Shown here: in pieces, positions 54,943 to 63,241 of the stretch
How the letters are laid out: every line of letters begins with the position of its first letter
Numbering within the stretch: position 1 is the first letter of the stretch
Source: a virus
Lineage: Duplodnaviria > Caudoviricetes
Virus record (IMG/VR): IMGVR_UViG_3300021256_000056
Coordinates: 64,001-128,000 of that record
DNA length: 64,000 nucleotides
Strand: one strand, 5' to 3'
Program-made: the position numbers and the translations under genes
The notes under the pieces: generated by a model
Told to the model about the DNA's origin: nothing
What the model saw: the letters and a program-made list of their open reading frames with translations, nothing else
Databases searched by the model: none

Positions 54943-54991
54943 AATGATAGTACTTTTTAAAAAAGTACCCTGATAGTACTTAAAAGTAAAT

Positions 54992-55019
54992 AAAAAGCCA
55001 AGGCTTCTCTTCCTTGGCT
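54992..55019 (-). terminator. Intrinsic terminator between the two GT genes
   Basis: AGCCAAGG-loop-CCTTGGCT-TTTT. Confidence 0.7.
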
Positions 55020-56508
55020 ACATCATTATTCCATTCCAACGTTTTATTTTAGCGCGGCTACTTGTAATATTTCTAATTATTGGCTTGTCTTGTGCTATGG
55101 GCTTTTTTTCTTTCTTAACTATTGGCGCTTTGTGGCCTGCGGACCAATAAAAAGTTTCACATTTGAATATGCTGGAACTTAAGAAATTAACCTTTGCGTT
55201 TGGTATTTTCCAAAGAACATAATTGAATGATATCTGGTCCCTGTGGCTCTTTACTTCAATCTCTCTCCACCACATTTCGTCTATTTTTTTACATTCGGGG
55301 TCATTATGGTATCTCAAAAGAATACCTGTTTGTACCATTCCGTTATGTTCTGGATATCCTTCTGCTTTATAACCTTCTACTTGTGGGCCCATTATTTCTT
55401 TTGTATCTTTTTTATAGCGTAAGCATGCCTCAAATTCGTCATAAACACAGTCTCTTTGTGGGTGGAGCCCTACCGAGAATACGCCTCTTTCCTTTGGACA
55501 ATTCTCTTCCACATAAAATTCGACGCTTCCCCTTAGTTCAACATTGGCATCAACCCATACTGAAAATTCGTAATCAGGTAAATATAAATGGGGATTAACC
55601 TTTATTTTCCGTTGTTTCTTGACTTGGCTAAGTCCTTCTGTATCTTTAGGTAATGGTCTTATCTCCCAGAAATTACTTGTTATATCCTGGTCGGTAAAAC
55701 AAATGTAGTCAAATTCTGGGTCTACAAACTTTGGTTCTTTTAGTGTGTCGTAATTACCACTGATACATGTATAAATAACCTTTTTCTTGGGGCTATCCCA
55801 TGCCCTTCTAAATTGTGTAAGCCATGCGTCTTCATTTTTATAAGCCCCAAATTTCCTATTTGCTAAATCATTCCAACTACCACCCTTAAAATGTGTGATA
55901 TAATCCTTACACCTTATTCTTTTGTATTTGTATTTAGATGCGTTAATAAAGAACGCGGCGCCAGTATCATATTCGTCACATTTTGGGTTTTTTGCAGTAT
56001 TTCTCAGACCGTGCATATATGCATCGTCGAAATAATGGATACCCTTCTCTTTACAGAGCTTGCTGTTAATGTAGCATATAAAAGGTAAAACTCGCTCATG
56101 TCTTGCTGGATATGCTTGCATTTCCACTTCCCCAACAAACACACAGCTTTCATCTACAATGTCACTAAAATCTTTAAGCACTAAAATATCACTGTCCATC
56201 AAAATAAATCCATTAGGAAAAAGCTCCATGCATTTTTCAATGGTATAACAATGTTTTGCACTTCCCCATGCATTTACCTTTGCACTAGACTTTAAACTGT
56301 TGGGATATTTTTTGAGCCATTCATCGAAATTGATTATCTGCCCCTTTGTGTTATCGATAATTTTTACATTTTTAAAATTACTCTTAAACGGCTCCTTGTC
56401 GCTGTTGTCAAAAACATAAATATCACACCCAGGAGTATGCTTGTTTATACTCCTTATGGCATAATCAGTTAATTTTTGCGTATTATAATTTACTATACAA
56501 ATATCCAT
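55018..56508 (-). CDS. Two-domain glycosyltransferase (GT2-like + DUF616/TOD1-MUCI70-like)
   Basis: N-domain IVNYNT, VFDNS, LMDSD, YDTGA. C-domain VIYTCISGNYD, CFTD, WVDAN, HPQRDCVYDE, RDQISF. Confidence 0.85.
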   Translation of the reverse strand: MDICIVNYNTQKLTDYAIRSINKHTPGCDIYVFDNSDKEPFKSNFKNVKIIDNTKGQIINFDEWLKKYPNSLKSSAKVNAWGSAKHCYTIEKCMELFPNGFILMDSDILVLKDFSDIVDESCVFVGEVEMQAYPARHERVLPFICYINSKLCKEKGIHYFDDAYMHGLRNTAKNPKCDEYDTGAAFFINASKYKYKRIRCKDYITHFKGGSWNDLANRKFGAYKNEDAWLTQFRRAWDSPKKKVIYTCISGNYDTLKEPKFVDPEFDYICFTDQDITSNFWEIRPLPKDTEGLSQVKKQRKIKVNPHLYLPDYEFSVWVDANVELRGSVEFYVEENCPKERGVFSVGLHPQRDCVYDEFEACLRYKKDTKEIMGPQVEGYKAEGYPEHNGMVQTGILLRYHNDPECKKIDEMWWREIEVKSHRDQISFNYVLWKIPNAKVNFLSSSIFKCETFYWSAGHKAPIVKKEKKPIAQDKPIIRNITSSRAKIKRWNGIMM

Positions 56509-56513
56509 CAAAA

Positions 56514-56522
56514 ATAAATAGT
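56514..56522 (-). promoter_or_regulatory. Putative late promoter ACTATTTAT
   Basis: Exact motif 5 nt upstream of ATG 56508. Confidence 0.7.
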
Positions 56523-56531
56523 TTGGGTAAT

Positions 56532-56555
56532 AAAAAAGGTGGTATTAACCACCTT
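56532..56555 (-). terminator. Intrinsic terminator after nrdG
   Basis: AAGGTGGT-TAAT-ACCACCTT-TTTT. Confidence 0.8.
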
Positions 56556-56559
56556 AGAA

Positions 56560-57078
56560 CTACATTTTAGATTTTTTCCAAAAACTGGAAGTTATATCCG
56601 TCCAGGTCTTCCTTAATTTTCCGTCTACAACTATTGCCCAAGAATAGTACTTTCCGCCCATGTATAGCCTCTGGTTCGTTGTTTCTTTGTTTAACGGACC
56701 AAACTCTGACCTGTATGGCCCAATCTTTAGATAATTTAAGTTGTCCCAGAAGAAATCGTCGTCAATGTGCTCTCTTCCCGAATATAGGCCAATTTTTATT
56801 TGTGGGTACTTCTCGGAGATGTATTTTATCCTGTTTTTCAATGTTTCCTCGTCATTTCCTTCGCCCATAAAGCAAAAACAAGTAATCCCTTCATTTTTTG
56901 CTATAAGCTCGTCTATGGCCTTTTCTGTGAGTTCTTCGCCAATATTTTGTTTGAGGTAAGCAGAGTGGCAACCAACACAATTATTCTGGCAGTTACTTAT
57001 ATTTACTGCCAGAGTAATTTCGTTGGGTATTTCTTCAAAGACAATAGACGTATCCTTGGGTATATACTTTAACGCCAT
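56560..57078 (-). CDS. nrdG: Anaerobic ribonucleotide reductase activase (radical SAM)
   Basis: CQNNCVGCH CxxxCxxC, MGEG, GPY...TTNQR; coupled to nrdD. Confidence 0.92.
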   Translation of the reverse strand: MALKYIPKDTSIVFEEIPNEITLAVNISNCQNNCVGCHSAYLKQNIGEELTEKAIDELIAKNEGITCFCFMGEGNDEETLKNRIKYISEKYPQIKIGLYSGREHIDDDFFWDNLNYLKIGPYRSEFGPLNKETTNQRLYMGGKYYSWAIVVDGKLRKTWTDITSSFWKKSKM

Positions 57079-59258
57079 TAAATATTCTCTTTTGTATAAT
57101 ATCTCATGTGCTCTTCTTCCTGCCTTGGTTCGCTAAATGACGAGACCTTTTTAAGGTACCCAATAATACGTGTCAAGTAAGAAAGGTTTTTGCTGCCACA
57201 CCTTGGGCACGTGTCGAGAGTATGTTTGCTAATATAGCCACAATCTTCACAGCAAGTATTCTTTACATTGAAGGTAAAATAATTTGTTCCAAGCTTCGCG
57301 GCCATCTTAAGGATTTGGCGGTATTGTTCCTTAGATAAATGTTCATTTAAATTCATATGTAGAGCTGAACCTCCATCAAGATATTTAACAAACTCTTTTC
57401 CGTGAAGTTTAAACTTATCAATGATTGATAGGCTGTCGTCTTCTGGATTATAGAAATATGAGCTATACATTATATGCTTAGGTGAAACGTAATAGCCGTC
57501 TTTCTTGTCCCAGTTGTGGTGCTTTACTGCCAAATTTTCTGCGGGCACAAACTCGGTATTGAACATGCATTCCCTTGTCTTGTCTTTCTTGTTGCAAATA
57601 TTGATTGTTTCAAGAACGACATTCACAAAGTCTTCGTATTCACTATTCGGCGTGGCTTCCATCCCTAAGAACTCAGCGGCATCGGTGATTCCGTTTACTC
57701 CTACTGTGAGATACTGTTTCTTCATGTCAATAAAACCAGCGGAGTAAACCGTTAACATATTGGCATTGTAAAAGTCCTTTATAATTGCGTTGAAAGATGT
57801 AAGATATTTATGTACACGCTCGGTAACTTCGGTAAGATACTCCTTTATGTATGCATATACCTCTTCTTTTTTGACATTCTTCTTGAGTTTTTCTCCTCTC
57901 TTATATTCAATACCCTTATCCTCGTAGAATTTAAAGGTTGCGTCTTGAATTGCCCTGTTGAGGTCGATGGTCATGACACATTTTGAACCTGTTGCAACAG
58001 ATGCGGTTCCCATTGAGAACTGGTGTGTTGTGTGATTGTGTTCCTCGTCGGCGGAATCCTTGAGGGAATTACGTAAACGGCAGCAACTTGAAAGGCTATC
58101 AGGGCTGTCAGATAAGTAGCAGAAGAAACTATGCCCTTCGGCCCACATCTCAGCGGTAAAATCTGCGTAATCCTTATCAACAAAGTCGTCGTTACCATCG
58201 GTAAGCATTGCCATAGTTTCGACAGGGAAGGTGAGAACGTATCTTTCCCTTTCTTTGTTAAACCACTTCATGAATTTCTTTTGAAGCCATGAAAGTGTTT
58301 CCCATACGGGTTTTGTCCCATCTGGGAATACGAAATCTCCAAAAACCCCTTCGAAATACGGTTTATCAAAATAAGAAATATTCCAAAAGACTGTTTGGTA
58401 TCCGCGGTTACCAGCAGGCATATTCATTGAATGTACTACCTGCTGAAAACTATTTTCTATTACCTGTTCGAGTGTTCTGCCCTTTCTGTTCAATTCCACC
58501 TTTTGACTTAGTTTTGTCAGATAGTCATCGCCGTAATCCTTACGAATAAAATAATCCATGTACATGAGAAATTCGGGCGTTGCGACGGCTCCCATAAATT
58601 GGGATGAAACAGAATAGACCAAGTTGATGAATTCTCCACAGAATGACTTTAGGTCGGTCGGGGCAACGGAAATCCCTCCTAATTTCTGAAGGCCATCCGT
58701 TAAGAAGGGGTACATCGTTATAGCCACACAGTATGGATAGCCTGGAGTACCACTTTCGTCGTGACGATAAATAATGTGGTGTTCGAGGTCATATATATAC
58801 TGGTCAGCAAGTTTCTTACTATAAAGCTTCTTAATTTTATTGTGCATTATATAGCGATTCTGCTGAATGTTTTCACCCTTGTGAATTTCCTGGCCTAAGG
58901 TGACAATGTTTTTATTAGAAACATTGGCATTGGCATCATATTTAGAACCAGTGGCAGCATTCGATGCATCTATATAATTCTGAACAAAGTCATTATTCTT
59001 TTTAAGAAAATTCTGGTCGTTTGCTTTGTCGAGATATTTTCTGGCGACCTTTTTGTTGATTGACATTAGGGCTTCTGAAACCTGTCTCTCTATCTCGGAT
59101 GTCGATATGTTGTCATATATATACAACCCATCCGCTATTGCGTTTAAAATGGTTTCATTGCATTCACAGTCCGCAGACTTGTATGCTTCGCAAATACTAT
59201 TTTTAACTTTTTCCTTATCAAACTCCTCGTAGGAGCCGCTACTTTTCTTTACAATCAT
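57078..59258 (-). CDS. nrdD: Class III anaerobic ribonucleoside-triphosphate reductase
   Basis: N-terminal ATP cone, PYCVA, SCCRL, EFVPAENL, CEDC/CPRC zinc site, TRIIGYL glycyl-radical loop. Confidence 0.95.
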   Translation of the reverse strand: MIVKKSSGSYEEFDKEKVKNSICEAYKSADCECNETILNAIADGLYIYDNISTSEIERQVSEALMSINKKVARKYLDKANDQNFLKKNNDFVQNYIDASNAATGSKYDANANVSNKNIVTLGQEIHKGENIQQNRYIMHNKIKKLYSKKLADQYIYDLEHHIIYRHDESGTPGYPYCVAITMYPFLTDGLQKLGGISVAPTDLKSFCGEFINLVYSVSSQFMGAVATPEFLMYMDYFIRKDYGDDYLTKLSQKVELNRKGRTLEQVIENSFQQVVHSMNMPAGNRGYQTVFWNISYFDKPYFEGVFGDFVFPDGTKPVWETLSWLQKKFMKWFNKERERYVLTFPVETMAMLTDGNDDFVDKDYADFTAEMWAEGHSFFCYLSDSPDSLSSCCRLRNSLKDSADEEHNHTTHQFSMGTASVATGSKCVMTIDLNRAIQDATFKFYEDKGIEYKRGEKLKKNVKKEEVYAYIKEYLTEVTERVHKYLTSFNAIIKDFYNANMLTVYSAGFIDMKKQYLTVGVNGITDAAEFLGMEATPNSEYEDFVNVVLETINICNKKDKTRECMFNTEFVPAENLAVKHHNWDKKDGYYVSPKHIMYSSYFYNPEDDSLSIIDKFKLHGKEFVKYLDGGSALHMNLNEHLSKEQYRQILKMAAKLGTNYFTFNVKNTCCEDCGYISKHTLDTCPRCGSKNLSYLTRIIGYLKKVSSFSEPRQEEEHMRYYTKENI

Positions 59259-59319
59259 CGGTTTCTTTTTTCTTATTTAAAACTGGAAATCCCCCCCCTA
59301 TACTCAACCCTAATTTATA

Positions 59320-59383
59320 TTGGGAAAATTTTCTTATTTTATAGTAATAATAAATACCCTTGACAATAAGAAAATCTTCCCAA
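59320..59383. repeat. 19-bp inverted repeat upstream of nrdD enclosing a late-motif variant
   Basis: Arms 59320-59338 and 59365-59383 with one mismatch (G-U on minus-strand RNA); 26-nt loop contains GGTATTTAT on the minus strand. Confidence 0.8.
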
Positions 59384-59400
59384 AATTCTAATAATTTTCC

Positions 59401-61125
59401 TTATGACATACCTAAGCTAATAAACTCGTCTTCTTGTATGCAAAGGTCCTGATTAAGTGTTTCAATTTCTTCAATTGGACTAGTAACTACCTGTGGCTTA
59501 GTCATTTCCAACTTAAACGTTGGCTCTGTTACTAGTTTTCTAATAACAACTGGTTCGGGTTTAGGGGTCTCTTCTGGAACACTCTCTTCGGACTTAACAG
59601 TCTCTTTTTCAAACTCTTTGTTTACAACAGGATTTTCTACTATTTTTTCTTCTTTGGGCGCCTCTTCCGTGGCAATATTTTCTGCCTTGCTTGCTCGTTT
59701 CTCGTCCCTTAGTTGCTTGGCATAACTATTCACGGTTGATTCATGTTCTTTTTGTACTGCGTCCTCATAAAGAAGTGCGTTGTTGAATACTTCAACTTCA
59801 TCGCAAGAAATTGTACACGTTCCGTTATTAAACTTAATATCCTTGAAAATATTTCCTGAGCCGCCCTGGCGATTCTTAAGCAGAGCAATTGTTGCTATAT
59901 TATTCTCTTGGTCTTCAATATCCCTTGCAATGGAAAGTATTACGTGGCCAATTTGAACCTTTGAGATGGAGCCACTAGACTGGTCGAGGGTGACGATTTC
60001 GCTACCCAAGCTTCCGCGTCCGCCTTGTGTCATAACCCAGAGTGCAATATTGAACTCCTCGGCAAGCACTTCAAGTTGGCGCATGGTATTTTCCTGGAGG
60101 TCCCATTTTGTTTCAGACCTATCCTTGCGAATCAACTTAAGACACTCAAAGTAATCAAGTATAACCATATCAGGGCGAAACCCTTTGTTGATAAGGCGCT
60201 TAATGTAAGATTTTATGTCTTCTACACATGCAGTATTGGTTTTGAACTTTTTAACAATAAGGTTTTCCTTAAAAAGTTCCTTCCCAGAAAATTCATCAAG
60301 TAATTGGCGAGCCTCTTCGATGTTGTCGGCCTTGTTAATATCCTTGGCATCAATTTGTGTGATTCTCGAAAAGTGTTTTTTTGCTAATGCTCGGGCATCG
60401 TCCTCAAAGCAAATCTGTACAACCTTCCAACCTTTATGTTCATTAAGGTCATTCGCACAGGTGGAAGCGTAACTTGCGACAGCAGTTGAATATGTGGTCT
60501 TACCGAATCCAGTAGGGCCAATAATTACACCTACGTGTCCCTTGTAGAGACCGCCATTAAGCTTATCATCAATATGCGAAATACCCGTGGCAATAGGAAT
60601 ATCTGAGTTTGGATGAAGTACCTCTTCCTCCAAATCATATGGGTTGAATCCAAGGTCATTTTCTTTCCCTACGTTTAAAGCGTCTTCCATCATTTTTTGA
60701 CACTCTTCGTAGTGGTCGAAATCTCCGTCTTGAGTCTTTTTGAGTATGTCATTCGCAACTTTAATCATGTTTTGCTGCATGAAAAATTTTGTTGCGGTCT
60801 CCTCTATTACGGTTGAACCCTCGGGGGATAACTCCTTTAGGTTTTTAACCAGCTCGTCCCATTCCTCTGCCTCGTTTTCAGTCCTTGCCTTCTGTTTAAG
60901 AAGTACAAGCATTGTTTCGTACGAGGGGATAATACTTGTCGAATAGTAATAGTCTTTAAGAACTCCCACAAATTGTTTTAGTAGGAGTTCTGTAAAAGTA
61001 TTTTGTTCAACAACTGAATATATGCTCTGGAAAAACTCGGGCTCTTCCATGAACTGCTTCACAAGCTTATATTGGAAATTTGGCCCAAGAAATCCGAGGT
61101 TTGTTTTATCGAGTGGTCTGTTCAT
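59401..61125 (-). CDS. Replicative DNA helicase (DnaB/T4 gp41-like)
   Basis: IATGISHID..LNGG, GPTGFGKT, ICFED, ILDYFE, MTQG.R, LKNR.G. Confidence 0.92.
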   Translation of the reverse strand: MNRPLDKTNLGFLGPNFQYKLVKQFMEEPEFFQSIYSVVEQNTFTELLLKQFVGVLKDYYYSTSIIPSYETMLVLLKQKARTENEAEEWDELVKNLKELSPEGSTVIEETATKFFMQQNMIKVANDILKKTQDGDFDHYEECQKMMEDALNVGKENDLGFNPYDLEEEVLHPNSDIPIATGISHIDDKLNGGLYKGHVGVIIGPTGFGKTTYSTAVASYASTCANDLNEHKGWKVVQICFEDDARALAKKHFSRITQIDAKDINKADNIEEARQLLDEFSGKELFKENLIVKKFKTNTACVEDIKSYIKRLINKGFRPDMVILDYFECLKLIRKDRSETKWDLQENTMRQLEVLAEEFNIALWVMTQGGRGSLGSEIVTLDQSSGSISKVQIGHVILSIARDIEDQENNIATIALLKNRQGGSGNIFKDIKFNNGTCTISCDEVEVFNNALLYEDAVQKEHESTVNSYAKQLRDEKRASKAENIATEEAPKEEKIVENPVVNKEFEKETVKSEESVPEETPKPEPVVIRKLVTEPTFKLEMTKPQVVTSPIEEIETLNQDLCIQEDEFISLGMS

Positions 61126-61930
61126 TGAGATATGCCTCTAAACGTTTGTACTCCTTCCTTAATTCACGCTGCAACTCTGTGTTGTCGTATTCAGTTTTCT
61201 TGCCATCGTTTAGAAACTCAAAACCCGTAGTATAGCTCGAGTTGTCTTCGCTGCTACAGACATAACAGATATCCTTAATTATTTTATATACGATATCTCC
61301 TTTACCCTCGACCAGCTTATAGAGGATGTAAGCGTCTGTGCTGAGACGTGCTGGGTCTTCGTCTGGGGATATTTTGCCCCTCTTGTTTGATAGGTCAATG
61401 GAATTCCTAACATATTTTGGGTAAGTTCCCTCCCATACTGTAGAGCAAACCTCGCGCCCGTTGTCGCAGAAGGCGAACTTATACATTGCGGTATCTTCCT
61501 CGGTAAGCGGGTTGACTAACTCTCTTGTAGTATCAAACTTTTCTGATAGAGCGACGGGCTCGTTATTCTTTCCCCATACATAGTTGGGGGCGTTTTCGGG
61601 TTCTCTGAGAACGATACCCTCCCCAAGATGCATTCGTGCCCTATTTTTTTCAACGGAAAAATATTTACGCATTTCCTCTTCGTTCTTAAAAACCTGAGGG
61701 GCGACCAATTTTAGATATTTCTCCGTTTTATCTTTAAGGTCGCTATCGATTAAACTTGCACACCATCGAATAGTATGTGCGAGCTCTTCTGATGCTAAGC
61801 ATAACGGGTTAAACTTGTTGATTCTGAAATAACGTTGGCAAATAATATTGTTTCCCACGGTAAATCTGAACTCAAATCTCTCCTTGTAATCCCTGGACTC
61901 GCCAGACTGCTTTCTTGCTGTTTCTGCCAT
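61106..61930 (-). CDS. Hypothetical protein co-transcribed with the helicase
   Basis: 274 aa; FEFRFTVGNNIICQRYF; overlaps the helicase start. Confidence 0.75.
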   Translation of the reverse strand: MAETARKQSGESRDYKERFEFRFTVGNNIICQRYFRINKFNPLCLASEELAHTIRWCASLIDSDLKDKTEKYLKLVAPQVFKNEEEMRKYFSVEKNRARMHLGEGIVLREPENAPNYVWGKNNEPVALSEKFDTTRELVNPLTEEDTAMYKFAFCDNGREVCSTVWEGTYPKYVRNSIDLSNKRGKISPDEDPARLSTDAYILYKLVEGKGDIVYKIIKDICYVCSSEDNSSYTTGFEFLNDGKKTEYDNTELQRELRKEYKRLEAYLNEQTTR

Positions 61931-61968
61931 TTTTATATTATTTAAATTGTTGTTATCAAATCTTTATC

Positions 61969-61999
61969 CAAAAATACAAACTTTAAAAATAAAAACAAA
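61969..61999 (-). promoter_or_regulatory. Bacteroidota-type promoter
   Basis: TTTG-N19-TATTTTTG. Confidence 0.75.
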
Positions 62000-62002
62000 A
62001 TC

Positions 62003-63187
62003 CTATTTCTTATATTGTTTGTTATATCTTGCTATTTCCTTATTAGCCAATTCTTTAAATGGAGTAAAAAAACTTGCAAAAGAAGAATCTTTCATTAACT
62101 CATATATTCCGTTATCCTGTATATACCTATAAAGATTGCTAAATGAACGGTCTGTCGGGTCTTGTGCGTTATACATCATCTCCTTTAATTCTTCCTTGGC
62201 ATCTTCAGTTAGGAGTGGTGTATCTAAATTTATTAGTCTATTGTTAATATCATAAAAATCGCCATTATATTCTTTATTTGCGACTCCCTTAACAATATTC
62301 TCTTGCCATTGAAGTGGTTTCTTTTTCTCTTTAATGCGTTCCTCACACAGTACCTGGGCCCTTTCTCTAACCTCATCTATTGTTACGGGCCTCTGAGCTA
62401 TCTCGGGCATTAACTCCATCAGCCTTGTTTCGCTTACGCCGCGAATGTTTCCTATGTTATCTGATGTGTCGCCTAATATAATCTTCTTTAATACCACGTT
62501 TTCATGCGGGAATCCCTTCTCTTGTTTGAAATTTTTTTCAGAGTACGCTTTTTTCTGTACGGGATTATAAATGCAAACTTTTTCACTTATCAACTGTGTT
62601 AAATCTTCGTCTGTTGACATAATGAAAATCAATTCTTCTGGCTTTTTATTGTGTACATAAAATGAAATTAAGTCATCTCCCTCAGTTACTTCATCCATTT
62701 GCCATCGTATAAAAAGCTCATTGAAACATGCACATAATACACTTCTTTCCCTTTCAAAATTTTCTTTAACAAGTTTTTCGGAATCGGTTAGCGGTTTTTC
62801 CTTTTTGGGTTTTTTGTTTGCAAAATAATTTTGCATTTGTTTAATTTTAGCATCAACGGCCTTCATATAATCGGAAACACCATCGTGCTCTGCATAGTTT
62901 TTATCTCGATTTGCTTTATACTCATTGTATATTCGATATCGTAGTATGCCGCTATCTTCATCATCAAAGAAAACATATACATAATCAAAAGGGCGCTTCT
63001 CCATTATCTTCCTTAATTGATTGAGAAATTGGTAAATTGCTCCATAATGAACACCATTATTATTTACTTTGGTATCCGCAAAACTAATTTTTAGTAAATT
63101 TGTTCCGTCAACAAGCAAAGTATAGAATGGTTGCGCCGTCAATTCTGGGTGTGTTTCCTTAACTATTTTTCTAACTGGTTGTGCCAT
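62003..63187 (-). CDS. 5'-3' exonuclease / flap endonuclease (T4 RNase H-like)
   Basis: LLVDGTN, YKANR, EGDD, STDEDLTQ, GDTSDNI. Confidence 0.92.
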   Translation of the reverse strand: MAQPVRKIVKETHPELTAQPFYTLLVDGTNLLKISFADTKVNNNGVHYGAIYQFLNQLRKIMEKRPFDYVYVFFDDEDSGILRYRIYNEYKANRDKNYAEHDGVSDYMKAVDAKIKQMQNYFANKKPKKEKPLTDSEKLVKENFERERSVLCACFNELFIRWQMDEVTEGDDLISFYVHNKKPEELIFIMSTDEDLTQLISEKVCIYNPVQKKAYSEKNFKQEKGFPHENVVLKKIILGDTSDNIGNIRGVSETRLMELMPEIAQRPVTIDEVRERAQVLCEERIKEKKKPLQWQENIVKGVANKEYNGDFYDINNRLINLDTPLLTEDAKEELKEMMYNAQDPTDRSFSNLYRYIQDNGIYELMKDSSFASFFTPFKELANKEIARYNKQYKK

Positions 63188-63204
63188 TTACATAGAATTT
63201 TACG

Positions 63205-63236
63205 CAAAAATACAAAAAAAGAAGGAAAAGAACAAA
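63205..63236 (-). promoter_or_regulatory. Bacteroidota-type promoter
   Basis: TTTG-N20-TATTTTTG. Confidence 0.75.
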
Positions 63237-63241
63237 TTGGT

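Noticed and set aside
59259-59400. NrdR box upstream of nrdD
   Set aside because: No convincing tandem acaCwAtATaTwGtg-type site; the inverted repeat is longer and unrelated.
57078-61125. Inteins or introns in nrdD and the helicase
   Set aside because: Catalytic motifs are spaced normally, with no C/S...HN splice junctions or LAGLIDADG blocks.
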